The notes under the pieces are model-generated. The model saw nothing but the letters and a program-made list of their open reading frames with translations. It was not told the DNA's origin and searched no databases. DNA of 64,000 bases, taken from the NCBI GenBank assembly GCA_963803825.1, contig CAWDOJ010000003.1, positions 151,724-215,723 of the forward strand, written 5' to 3'. A program made the position numbers and the translations under genes. Of this stretch, positions 51,263 through 62,180 are shown piece by piece. Every line of letters begins with the position of its first letter. Position 1 is the stretch's first letter. The DNA comes from an uncultured Verrucomicrobiae bacterium. Its GTDB lineage: Bacteria > Verrucomicrobiota > Verrucomicrobiia > Chthoniobacterales > JAATET01.

Positions 51263-54200
51263 GAACGTTCCTCGCAATCCTAGCCCTCGCCGCGACGGCG
51301 AGCGCCCAGACGACGGCGAATTTTCTCGGGGGACCGGGTGATTTCAGCGATCCGCTAAATTGGGACACGAATCCGGTCTATCCCAACAACGGCCAACCGG
51401 GTGCCGCAGACACCTACGCCGCGACCATCGCCGGCGGCGACGTGACGCTCGACGTCGACGTGACGCTCGACTCGCTGAACTTCGTCGGGGCATCCCTGCT
51501 CTCGAACGGGACCAGAACGATCACGGCGGCAACGACGCTCGGCAATGGGGCGGTCTTCGCGGGAGGCGTCACGCGACTGAGTGGTTCGGCGGCGCTTTCG
51601 GGTGGGGCGAGCGCGGCGTTTGTGAACGTCGTGGGTGGCGCGGAAGTGGCCAATCTCGGTTCGTTCACGCACACGCAGGGTGGGGCGACCGACACGGGGA
51701 TCATTCTCAATTCGGACGGACTCGGCGGCGGATCGACCTTCCGCAATGCGTCGACGGGGACGTTCACGGCGGCCACGACGACGGCGGGGGCGAGCGTGGG
51801 CTTCGGCCTGGCGGACGCGGGTAATCAGTTTGTGAACGCCGGCGTGTTCGTGAAATCCGGCACGGCGGATTACGACGTGAACGTGGCGTTCGTGAATTCG
51901 GGGACCTCGCAGGTGCAGGCCGGAACGCTCAAGCTGAACGCGGGCGACGGTGGCTCGACGACGGGTTCGCAGACGGTCGCCGGGACGCTGGCGCTGAGTG
52001 GCGGGTTCGACTTTGCCTCGGGGTCCGGGGTGGCGGGCGGGGGGAGGCTCACGAACAACAGCGGGACGACGACCTTCGCGGCGGGCAGCGATCTCTCGGT
52101 CTCGACGCTGGAACTGGTCAGCGGCAACGTCGTCGTCGAGAGCGGCGCGACATTTGGCTCATCGAATCTGGCGGTAAACGGCGGGACGCTCACGAGCAAT
52201 GTCGACCACACCTTCTCGAACTCGACGTTCACCAACGGCGGGTCGGTGCTCGGCTCGGGCGACGTGACGTTCGCGACCGCGGTGACGTTCGACGGGTCGA
52301 CCTACACGTTCGGCGGGACGGGGACGAAGACGTTCGCGACGGACGTGAACTTTTCGACCACGTCGACGGATCAATACTTCAACGTGAACGGCGGCACGGA
52401 GGTCGTGAACTCCGCGCAATTCACGCAGGCCCGGCTCGGCAGCGGCGAAAGCGCGATCGTGCTGAACGCGGACGAGGCCGGCGGCGGGTCGGTTTTCCGG
52501 AACACGGGGACGTTCATCGCGAACGCGAGCGGCGGCGTGGCGAGCATCGGGAGCGCGGCACCCGATGCCGGAAATCAATTTTTGAACGAGGGGACTTTTC
52601 AGAAATTCGGATCGAACGATTATTCAGCCAACGTTGCGTTCGTGAACTCCGGCCAGCTCGAGTTGCTTCAGGGGACGATGAATTTGACCGCCGGCGACGG
52701 CGGTGCGACGACCGGAGCGGCGTCGATCTCGGGTGGCGCGGTGTTGGGATTGAGTGGTGGACACACGTTTGCTGCGGATTCGAGCGTGGCTGGCGGAGGG
52801 GCACTGCGGGTGAACGGGGGCGCGGTGACGTTCGCCTCCGGGTCGACGCTTTTGTCGGGCGGATTGGAACTCGTGAGCGGGACGACGACGTTCGATTCCG
52901 GGAGCTTCATTGGGAGCGGGACCGCGTTGGCGGTCAAGGGCGGCACGCTCGTGGCCGATATCGCGCAGACGTTCACCGGCACGACCTTCGCAAACGGCGG
53001 GACGGTCGCCGGGTCGGGCGCGGTCGAATTCGCCGGAACCACGGTATTCGACGGGGCGAGTTACACGTTTGGCGGGACGGGCGGGAAGACGTTCAACGGC
53101 AATACGGCGATCTCGGCCGGAGCGACGGAACAATTTTTCAACGTGAACGGCGGGACGACCGTGACAAACCTCGGGACGTTCACGCAGACGAAGACGGGCG
53201 TGGGCGCAAGCGTGATCGTGCTGAACGCCGACAACGCCGGGGGCGTCTCGCAATTCGTGAACGGGCCGGTGGAAACTTCACGGCGAACGTCCTCAACGGC
53301 GAAGCGAGCGTCGGTTTTGCCACGGCGACGGCGGGGAACGTTTTCATCAACAATGGGACGTTCACTAAGTCCGGATCGGGAATCTACGCGGCGAACGTGG
53401 CGTTTCGAAACAACGCCGACGTCTCCGTGCAGCAGGGAACGTTGGATCTCAACGCGGGTGACGGCGGGGCGACGGGCGGGACTTATGGTCTGGGCAATGG
53501 CACGACGCTCGGGCTCAGCGGATCGTTCGTGTTCGGAAGCGGCTCCTCGGTCGAGGGGGCGGGCACGTTGCTGGTGAAAAGCGGCGTCACGACGTTTGGT
53601 TCCGGGAGTTCGCTCGGCAACCAGACGCTGCGCCTATTGAGCGGCACGACGATCCTGGCCGCCGGAAGCACGCTGGGGTCGGTCGCCCTGCAGGCGGCCG
53701 GCGGGACCCTGCAACTCGACATCGCGCACACGTTCCAGGGCGCGGCGTTTTCCAATGGCGGCATCGTCACCGGGAGCGGGGCGGCGACCTTCGCGGGGAC
53801 GACGACGTTCGACGGGAGCAGCCCGACGCTCGGCGGATTCGGGGCGAAGGTGTTCACGGGTTCCGCGACGCTGGAGTCGGGTGACACGGATCAATTTTTC
53901 AACGTCAACGGCGGGACCAAGGTGCAGAGCAACGGGACGTTCACCCAGCGGCGGCTCGGGCCGGGCGACAGCCAGATCGTGCTCAACGCGGATGGCTCGG
54001 GCGGCTCGTCACGCTTCACGAATGGGGGCACGTTCACCGCAGACGTGCGGGTGGGATCGGCGGGCATCGGGTTCGGCGATTCCGTCGGAGACATCACGTT
54101 CGACAACTCGGGCCAATTCATCAAAACGGGGAGCGGCGATTACAACGCGAACGTGATCTTCCGTAACGGGGGGAATGTGGACGTGCAGCAGGGCCTCCTC

Positions 54201-56071
54201 AATCTCAACGCGGGGAGTGGTAGCGCGGTCGTCTTCGGGGACTTCGCTGTCGCGAGCGGAGCGACGTTCGGGCTGGCCGGGACGAATTCGTTCGCGTCGA
54301 CGGTCGGGTTCACCGGGGGCGGGTCGGTGGTCGTGCTTGGCGGGACGACGAACTTCGCGTCGGGGAGTTCGTTCGCGTCGGGGGTGCTCGAGTTGCGGGG
54401 CGGGACGACGACCTTCGACGCGGGCAGCGCGATCGGCGCGACGGCGTTGCGGATCGCGGGCGGGACGCTCGAGTCCAATATCGCGAAGACCTTCACGGGC
54501 ACGGCATTCACGAGCGGCGGCTTGGTCACCGGGTCGGGGGCCACGACCTTCGCCGGGACGACTTCGTTCGACGGGGCGAGCTACACGTTCGGCGGAAGCG
54601 GGACAAAAACGTTCAGCGGCACGACCGTCATCGCGGCAGGCGCGACGGACCAGTTCATCAACGTCAACGGCGGGGCGGAGGTCGTGAACACCGGGAGTTT
54701 CACCCAAAGGCGCGCTGGAGCCGGGCTGAGTAGTTTGGTGCTGAATTCCGACGGGGCGGGGGGATCGACTTTTCGCAACGCGAGCTTCTTCACCGCCGAC
54801 GTGTCGTCCGGCCTGGCGACGGTCGGGTTCGCGAGCACGAATGTCGGTAGCCGGTTCGTCAACGAAGGCATCCTGAACAAGACGGGCGCGGGCCTGTATC
54901 AAGTGAACGTCGTGCTGGAAAATACCGGGACGGCCATCGTCGGAGCCGGGACGCTGGCGGCGACGGCGGGGATCACGGGGAACGGGACGGTCGACATCAA
55001 CGCGAACGCCGTCCTCGATCTCTCGGAAAACATTCACACCAGCGCCGTCGGTCAGCTCAAACACAGTGGGGCCAATCTCGCGCTCGGCTCGAACGACGTT
55101 GTCGTATCGAGCGACTACACGAACGAAAATTTCGGTGTTGGGAACGGCTTCAATCGCCGTTCGAACGTCACCGGCACCGGACAAATTCTGGCGGGTGGCG
55201 ACGCGACGCTCGCGGCGACGGGCGACGTGGCGGGCGGCGGGCGGGCGGCGTGGCGGGCGGCGTGATCGCGTTCGGCACGGTCCACGTCGGCGAGGTGATC
55301 TCAAAATCCTACACGCTGGCAAATCCTGGGACGAGTGGCCCCGCGATCCGCGGCGCGCTGCAGACGTCCGTGAACGGCGGCAACCTCACGGACTCGCGGC
55401 TGACCGGGAGCGGGGTGACGGCGGGGAATCTCGGCCCGGTCGCGACGGGCGGGTCGAGCGGGTCGCTGGGCGTGACGTTGACCGCGTCGACCGCCGGGGC
55501 GCTCACGGGGCAGTCGATTCACGTCGCGACAAATTTCGACAACGTGGCTCCCATCGATCTCGCGATCACCGGGGCGGTGAACTTTTTCGCCGAGCCCGTG
55601 CTGACGAAGGTGTCCGGGGACGCGGTTTTCACGATGGATTCGGCGACGGGCTACACGATCGACTTCGGCACGATCGACCTGGCGGACAGCGTACGCTCGA
55701 TCAACCTGGCGCTGGAGAATCTCCTGAGGGACCCCGTTTTCCAGGACGCGCTTGGCGGCACCTTCGACCTGTCGGGACTCACGGCGTTCGACGCGACGGG
55801 ATTCGCCGCTTTCGTCGGGCTCGCGAGCGGCGGCGAGCGGACGGGCTACGGCGTGGAGATCGACCCCGGCTTGCTCGGCAACGGCGTCTACGTGGAGTCG
55901 CTCTTCTACGATCCGACGAGCGCGAACGGATCGGGAACGTCCAGTCTTAGCCAGATCGAGCTGGCGTTCCGCGCGACGGTCGTGCCGGAGCCGTCGACGG
56001 TTGCGCTGCTCGTGATCGCGCTCAGCTTGTTCGCCTGGACCGCGCGCCGCCGAGTTTCCACCCGCCAATGA
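51259..56071 (+). CDS. Giant (~1600 aa) secreted PEP-CTERM protein with five ~253-aa Gly/Thr/Asn-rich tandem repeats; two frame breaks (near 53271 and 55240)
   Basis: ATGA overlap with the upstream stop and signal peptide MRTFLAILALAATASA. Repeat starts F(V/F/I)NV(V/N)GG lie near 51617, 52378, 53135, 53893 and 54655. ORFs 51106..53577, 53397..55265 and 55250..56071 are collinear (frames 1, 0, 2). The C-terminus VPEPSTVALLVIALSLFAWTARRR is a PEP-CTERM sorting signal. Confidence 0.8.
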
Positions 56072-57157
56072 GCGCGGCCAGAGCGAGGAGGCACCAAATT
56101 CGCGGCTCGGGGATGGGGTTGAGGTGGTCCTCGAGGATGGCGAGCTGCGGGCGACCGCTCGCCGCATTGTCGGCGACGGAGAACGAATATTCGGCCGGCC
56201 ACTCACCGGCCGACCAGTAGGTCCAGCCCTGCCAGACGTCCTGATTCGCGTCGACGTAATCCAGCATGTTGTCCAGCGCGGCGAGCTGCGGTGCCCCGGA
56301 CGAGACGCCAAATTCTCCGAGGAATCCGCGGGCGTTGTTGGCTCGCGCCCAGTTGGTGAAGTCCACGAGCCGCTCCGCGCCGATGGTCTCGCTGACGATG
56401 CTGTTCGAGGTGCCCGACGAATCCGCGTCGAGGTATTGGTGCACCTCGTAGGCAAAATTGTTGATGCTGTCGACGACGCCACCCATCACCAGCGCGTTCG
56501 GGGTGCCGTAGAAATTCACCCGGTGGATTCGTCCAACTCCACGCGCCGGTAAAGCCATTGCCGGGAACGAGGATGAGATTTTCCGCGCCGGTGCCGCGAA
56601 TCGCGGCGATGGCGGAGTTTGCGGAAGTCAACCATTCCTCGGTCGTCGCCCCGCCGAAATTGACGCCCTTCGGCTCGTTCATCAGGCCGAAGATCACTTT
56701 GTCGTTGGCTTTGTAATGGTCCGCGAGGCGCGTCCAGAGATCGGAAAAGTGCGCGTCCGTCACGGGTGATCCCATCTGGCCGATGACGTCGCCGTAGTAG
56801 GTGCCGAAATTGTGGACGTCCAGAATGACGTTCGCGCCCACCGCCGTCGCGAAGTTGACGAAATTATCGAGCCGGCCGAGTTCGGTGGAGTCGAGCGCGA
56901 GACCGGTCGACGTCTGGATCCGCTCCCAGCGAAAGGGGAGGCGGATGGTGTTGAACCCCCTGCTGACGAAGTCGATGATGTCGCTCGACCCCGGGTAGGA
57001 GTAGTCGGTCGGCACCGACCCCGGCAGATTGCCCGTCGCCGAATTCCGCCCCGGAGAGATTGACGCCGAAGTATTCCAACTGCGCCCGGGCTTCGCTCGC
57101 GCCGAGCCCGATCAGGCTGGCACCGAAAACTGCCGCTCTTCGCCAATCGGTCAACAC
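56022..57157 (-). CDS. GH5 endoglucanase (cellulase family) with a PEP-CTERM anchor; two frame breaks
   Basis: GTG at 57157 and signal peptide ...AAVFGASLIGLGASEARA. GH5 motifs: GFNTIRLPFRWERIQ, VILDVHNFG, IFGLMNEP (acid/base E), AYEVHQYLD and GFLGEFG (nucleophile E). The C-terminus IPEPRIWCLLALAALIGGWKLGGARSRR is a PEP-CTERM signal. Frame breaks lie near 57037 and 56535. Confidence 0.8.
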
Positions 57158-57407
57158 GGGTAAGCAGATAGCCCCGCTTTTGCCTGGGCGCAAGCGGGGA
57201 TTCGATCCGGATCGGCGTGGGGCGTGATCGAGAACCCGTCGGGGTTGAAAGGAGAGTCTCGCGATCGCCAACCCACGTCCGACCGCTGGGGCGCCTTGCC
57301 GCCGGAGCGGTGACGGTCATCTTGGCGTGGGGGTTGCTTGCGGCTCGACCCGTGCTGGCGTGATGCTCCGAATTCAACTTCGCAGAAAGTGGCTTCCCTT
57401 TCGCGCG

Positions 57408-58669
57408 ATGATTGGGGACAAAATGAGACCGATGGGGGAGCACTCGAAAAACGATCCAGCTTTGGCGGTAGGGGACCTTTTCGCCCGGTGTAAATCGCTG
57501 GGTCCGCGGGAAGCGGCGGAATTGCTGGCCCGTCAGGAGACGGGGACGGCTGTGGCGACGCTCGTCGAATTGCTGCCTTCGCAGGCCCGGCTGATCCTCA
57601 GGGAGCTGGGTGACGACGACCGCAGGCGCATCCTCGGTGCCGCGCCACGCGAGCGGGTCAGGCATTGGGAGGCCGACACGCAGTATCCGGAGAATTCCAT
57701 CGGTCGGTTGATGGAACCGCCGGTGGCCGTTTTTGGCCCGGCGAGACCGTTGGCGAAGTCATCGAACAGCTCCGGGAAGTCGTGAAAACGGTCTTCGTGA
57801 CCTACGGGTTCATCGTGGACGCCGACCGCAAGCTGCTCGGCGTGATCACGATGCGCGACCTGCTTTTTTCGGAGAAGAATCAGCGGCTGGCGGACATCAT
57901 GCTCGGTGGGGTATTTTTCCTGGAAGCCACGACTCCGTTGATCGACGCGATGAAGCAGACCTTGGATCGGCATTATCCGGTTTACCCGGTGTGTGACGCT
58001 GATGGGATGTTGGTCGGCTTGGTTCGCGGGCAGCAGATGTTCGAGCAGCAGGCGGTCGAACTGAGCGCGCAGGCGGGCAGCATGGTCGGCGTCACGAAGG
58101 AGGAGCGGCTGGCGACTCCGTGGGCGCGGAGCCTGCTCTTCCGGCATCCGTGGTTGCAGTTGAATCTGCTGACGGCTTTCGTCGCAGCGGGCGTCGTGAG
58201 TGTCTTCGAGGGGACGATCGAGCAGATCACCGTGCTGGCGGTGTTCCTGCCGGTGCTCGCGGGGCAGTCGGGTAATACGGGGTGCCAAGCGCTGGCGGTG
58301 ACGCTGCGCGGGATGACGCTCGGGGAACTGGTCGAAGGGAAAGGATCGCCCGCGATCCTGAAGGAAGCGTTGCTGGGTCTGCTCAACGGAGCATTGGTCG
58401 GAGTGACCGCGGGCATCGGGATGTATCTGTTCGCATCGTTTGGCGCGGGTGCAGGTGAGGAGCACAGCCCGGCGATGTTGGGGATAGTGGTGTTTCTGGC
58501 GATGATTGGGTCGTGCGTGATCAGCGGCGTCGCGGGTGTCTTGGTCCCGTTGGTCCTTCGGCGGGTCGGGGCGGATCCTGCGACGGCCTCGAGCATTTTC
58601 CTCACGACGGCGACCGACGTGGTGAGTATGGGCACTTTCCTCGGACTCGCGACGTGGCTCGTCTTGTGA
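57408..58669 (+). CDS. mgtE: Magnesium transporter MgtE, single frame break near 57740
   Basis: The N-domain (ORF 57327..57785) joins ORF 57665..58669 at ...PPVAVF|PGETVGEVIEQLR. A CBS pair is present (LLGVITMRDLL, MLVGLVRGQQM), and the TM domain contains LAGQSGNTGCQALAV and DPATASSIFLTTATDVVS. Confidence 0.85.
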
Positions 58670-58725
58670 CGAGCGCGTCCGGCGCTTGATCGCAGCGCGA
58701 TTTTGCGGCAAATCCTTTGGCTTCC

Positions 58726-59454
58726 ATGGCAAAGAAGCACGTTCTCCTCGACGAGTTGGATCAATCCCGCTCCCTCGAATCCCGCGAATACAAAGACCAG
58801 CTGAAGAAGATTCAGCTCGAGTTACTCCACGCGCAATCCGATCTGCGCGAGGCGAAGCGGTCGCTCATTGTCGTGATGGAGGGTCCCGATGCAGCGGGCA
58901 AGGGGGGTGCGATCCGCCGGATCACGGAGAAGCTCGATCCGAGGTCGCTGCGCGTCTGGTCGATCGCTAAACCAACGCCGGAGGAGTATCAGCACCACTA
59001 CCTGTGGCGATTCTGGAGCAAGTTGCCGGCTTACGGCGAGACCGCGATCTTCGACCGTTCGTGGTATGGTCGGGTGCTGGTGGAACGAGCCGAAGGATTT
59101 GCGACCGAGGAAGAGTGGCAGCGGGCCTACCGCGAGATCAACGAATTTGAGCGGCAGCTCACGGACGACGGCACCATCTTGGTGAAGCTCTTCATTCACA
59201 TCGACAAGGACGAGCAGCTCAAGCGCTTCAAAGCTCGTGAGGCCGATCCCTACAAGCGGTGGAAAATCTGCGAAGAAGACTGGCGCAATCGGAAGAAGTG
59301 GGACGTGCACATCGAAGCGGCCGAAGACATGTTTGCCAAGACTTCGCCGGAGTCCGCGCCGTGGAAGGTGGTGGCCGGAAATTTCAAATGGCACGGACGC
59401 GTGAAGGCGGCTAAAGCTGTCCTCGACCGCGTCTCCGATGCGCTCAAGTCGTAA
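58726..59454 (+). CDS. ppk2: Polyphosphate kinase 2
   Basis: Motifs VVMEGPDAAGKGGAIRRI (Walker A), HHYLWRFW, IFDRSWYGRVLVERAEGF and KRWKICEEDW. Confidence 0.9.
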   Translation: MAKKHVLLDELDQSRSLESREYKDQLKKIQLELLHAQSDLREAKRSLIVVMEGPDAAGKGGAIRRITEKLDPRSLRVWSIAKPTPEEYQHHYLWRFWSKLPAYGETAIFDRSWYGRVLVERAEGFATEEEWQRAYREINEFERQLTDDGTILVKLFIHIDKDEQLKRFKAREADPYKRWKICEEDWRNRKKWDVHIEAAEDMFAKTSPESAPWKVVAGNFKWHGRVKAAKAVLDRVSDALKS

Positions 59455-59475
59455 TCCTCAACCCCTCTCCCATTC

Positions 59476-60789
59476 GTGAAACCAGCATTCCCCGACATCA
59501 GCAAGATCGCCTTCGAAGGCGCCGAGTCCCGCAATCCTTTCGCCTTCAAACACTACGACGCCTCGGAATTGGTCGAGGGCAAGTCGATGACGGATCACCT
59601 CCGTTTCTCGGTCGCGTATTGGCACGCGTTTCGCAACACGCTCAGTGATCCCTTCGGAGCGGGCACGGCGGTGCGGCCTTGGGACGATGGGAGCGAATCC
59701 GTCGAGAACGCGTGCAACCGGGCGCGGGTCGCGTTCGAATTCATCGAAAAATTGGGCGCACCGTATTACGCCTTTCACGACCGGGACGTCGCTCCGGAGG
59801 GGGCATCGCTCGCGGAGTCAAACCGCAACCTCGACTCGGTGGTCAAGGTGCTCAAGGAGGAGCAGCAGCGCACGGGGATCAAATTGCTTTGGGGCACGGC
59901 GTGCTTATTCATCAACCCACGCTTCTGCCACGGCGCTGCGACCAGCCCGAACGCCGACGTCTACGCCTACGCGGCAGCGCAGGTGAAGAAGGCGATCGAA
60001 GTGACCCACGAACTCGGCGGCGAGGGCTACACCTTCTGGGGGGGGCGCGAGGGGTATTCCACGCTGTGGAATACCGACATGAAGCGCGAGCTCGAGCACC
60101 TCGCCAAGTTTCTGCATCTGGCCGTCGACTACAAAAAGTCGATTGGCTTCACCGGGCAGTTCTACATCGAGCCCAAGCCGCGCGAACCCTCCACGCACCA
60201 GTACGACAGCGACGCGGCGGCGTGTCTGAACTTCCTGCGCGAGTTCGACCTGCTCGAGCACTTCAAACTGAATCTCGAAACGAATCACGCCACGCTGGCG
60301 GGCCACACGATGCGTCACGAGATGCGGGTCGCCGTCGACGCGGGAGCGCTCGGTTCCGTCGACGCAAATACCGGCGATGAATTGATCGGCTGGGACACGG
60401 ACCAATTCCCGACCGACCTCTATCTGACGACCGACATCATGCTCGAAGTGCTGCGGATGGGAGGATTGACGACGGGCGGAATGAATTTCGACGCCAAGCC
60501 GCGGCGGGAAAGTTTTGAGGTCGAGGACCTCTTTCACGCGCACATCGGTGGCATGGACGCATTTGCGCGCGGCCTAAAGATCGCCGCCGCGATCCGCGCC
60601 GACGCTCGGATCGACGAGTTCGTGAAGGAACGCTACTCGTCGTGGGACTCCGGGATCGGCGCAGACGTCGAATCTGGTAAGGCCGGGTTTGCCGAGCTGG
60701 AGGCACACGCGCTGAGCCAGCCGGATCCCGTGCAGCACACGAGCGGTCGACAGGAGCGTCTCGAGAATATCGTGAACGAGTTGATGTAG
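59476..60789 (+). CDS. xylA: Xylose isomerase
   Basis: Intact 437-aa ORF (GTG start) with [38 protein letters not shown] and WDTDQF. Confidence 0.95.
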   Translation: MKPAFPDISKIAFEGAESRNPFAFKHYDASELVEGKSMTDHLRFSVAYWHAFRNTLSDPFGAGTAVRPWDDGSESVENACNRARVAFEFIEKLGAPYYAFHDRDVAPEGASLAESNRNLDSVVKVLKEEQQRTGIKLLWGTACLFINPRFCHGAATSPNADVYAYAAAQVKKAIEVTHELGGEGYTFWGGREGYSTLWNTDMKRELEHLAKFLHLAVDYKKSIGFTGQFYIEPKPREPSTHQYDSDAAACLNFLREFDLLEHFKLNLETNHATLAGHTMRHEMRVAVDAGALGSVDANTGDELIGWDTDQFPTDLYLTTDIMLEVLRMGGLTTGGMNFDAKPRRESFEVEDLFHAHIGGMDAFARGLKIAAAIRADARIDEFVKERYSSWDSGIGADVESGKAGFAELEAHALSQPDPVQHTSGRQERLENIVNELM

Positions 60790-60820
60790 GATCGCTCCTC
60801 GAGCGACGGTCCTTTCTTCC

Positions 60821-61546
60821 TTACGGCGCGGTCGACACGATCTCGCGGAGGTTGCCGGTGATGTGGCCGTCGTAGAGCGCCTTGCCGATGATGGCTCCGT
60901 AGAGTGCGGGGTAGGCGGCGAGGCGGCGGAGATCGTCGGCGGACGATACGCCGCCGCTCGCGATGAGCTGGCAGTCAAGGGTGGCAAGGAGGCGCTCGAG
61001 CTCGGCGAAATTCGGACCCGTCAGCATGCCGTCGGTAGCGATGTCGGTGTAGATGATGGTGCCGACGCCGGCAGCTTGAGCGGCAAGCGCGAGATCGGTC
61101 GCGGGTTGGGCGGTGGTCTCGGTCCAGCCCTTGACGGCGACGAGGCCGTCGCGCGCGTCGATGCCGACCGCGATGCGGTCGCCGCCGAAGCGTTGGCAGG
61201 CTTGAGCGACAAAATCGATTGATTCGCTCGCCCGAGTGCCGAGAACGACGCGCGACACCCCGGCTTGAAGCGCCGCCTCGATGGCGTTGTGCGAGCGGAT
61301 GCCGCCGCCGAGCTCGCAGGGAACGGCGACCGTGGAGCAAATGGCGCGGACGAAATCCAGATTTGACGTTTCGCCGGTGAAGGCAGCGTCGAGGTCGACA
61401 ATGTGGATCCAATCGCCACCCTCGGCCTCCCACTTCGCGGCAAAGGCAGCGGGATCGGACGAGTAAACGGTCTTCTCGGTCTTTTCGCCGCGTTTGAGGC
61501 GGACGACCTCTCCGTTCATGAGGTCAATGGCGGGTAGGAGGAGCAT
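60821..61546 (-). CDS. hisA: 1-(5-phosphoribosyl)-5-[(5-phosphoribosylamino)methylideneamino]imidazole-4-carboxamide isomerase
   Basis: Intact 241-aa ORF with LLPAIDLMNGEVVRL, WIHIVDLDAA, ELGGGIR and IASGGVSS. Confidence 0.95.
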   Translation of the reverse strand: MLLLPAIDLMNGEVVRLKRGEKTEKTVYSSDPAAFAAKWEAEGGDWIHIVDLDAAFTGETSNLDFVRAICSTVAVPCELGGGIRSHNAIEAALQAGVSRVVLGTRASESIDFVAQACQRFGGDRIAVGIDARDGLVAVKGWTETTAQPATDLALAAQAAGVGTIIYTDIATDGMLTGPNFAELERLLATLDCQLIASGGVSSADDLRRLAAYPALYGAIIGKALYDGHITGNLREIVSTAP

Positions 61547-61565
61547 CTGATTGATGATGGACGAT

Positions 61566-62180
61566 TTAGGATCTGGGAATCGAATCGATGAAATTTGTCA
61601 GGATCGCGAGGCCGGTTCTCTGACTTTTTTCGGGGTGAAACTGGGTCGCACTGAGGTTGCCGCGGCTGACGCTGGCGGCGAAGGTAAGGCCGTAGTCGCA
61701 AGTGGCAGAAACGATACTACGATCGACCGGGTCGGGGTAAAAGGAGTGGACGAAGTACACCTCGATTGGATCGGTGAGGTCGCGGTAGAGGCGGTCTGCG
61801 GGTTGGCAGGTCAGGCGGTTCCAGCCCATGTGCGGAATCTTGAGATCGTTGCGGGGAAAACGGCGGACGGTGCCAGCGAACACGCCCAGGCCAGGTTCTT
61901 CGGGCGATTCCTCACTGGACTCGAAGAGAAGCTGGTAGCCAACGCAGATCCCGAGAAAGGGGCGGTCGGCGGCGATCCACACCCGGATCGGCTCCCAGAG
62001 ACCGGTGGCCCGCAGATTGCGAGCGCAATCTCCGAACGATCCTTGGCCGGGAACGATGAGCGCATCGCAACCGTCGAGGTCGGACGGCGCGGTCACGAAG
62101 GCGCAATCGCCCCCGCAGCGCTGCGCGGCTTTGAACGCGCTGCGCAGGTTGCCGCTGCCGTAGTCGACGATGCCGATGCG
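61566..62180 (-). CDS. hisH: Imidazole glycerol phosphate synthase glutaminase subunit; no canonical start codon visible
   Basis: Motifs GICVGYQLL (catalytic Cys), HMGWN and QFHPEKS. The conserved N-terminus RIGIVDYGSGNLRSAFKA is in frame upstream of the tracked GTG (62096). Between it and the in-frame TAA there is no ATG, GTG or TTG. Confidence 0.85.
   Translation of the reverse strand, partial: RIGIVDYGSGNLRSAFKAAQRCGGDCAFVTAPSDLDGCDALIVPGQGSFGDCARNLRATGLWEPIRVWIAADRPFLGICVGYQLLFESSEESPEEPGLGVFAGTVRRFPRNDLKIPHMGWNRLTCQPADRLYRDLTDPIEVYFVHSFYPDPVDRSIVSATCDYGLTFAASVSRGNLSATQFHPEKSQRTGLAILTNFIDSIPRS

Noticed and set aside
49700-56482. Minus-strand ORFs 49700..51145, 54009..55322 and 55301..56482
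   Set aside because: They are antisense shadows of the membrane protein/hydrolase, the PEP-CTERM giant gene and the GH5 gene. Their composition is Arg/Pro-rich and the sense frames carry the real motifs.
57165-57215. Hairpin ccccgctt-N12-aagcgggg upstream of the GH5 start as a regulatory element
   Set aside because: It is a single 8-bp stem with no conserved partner or recognisable riboswitch/attenuator features. There is not enough evidence to annotate it.
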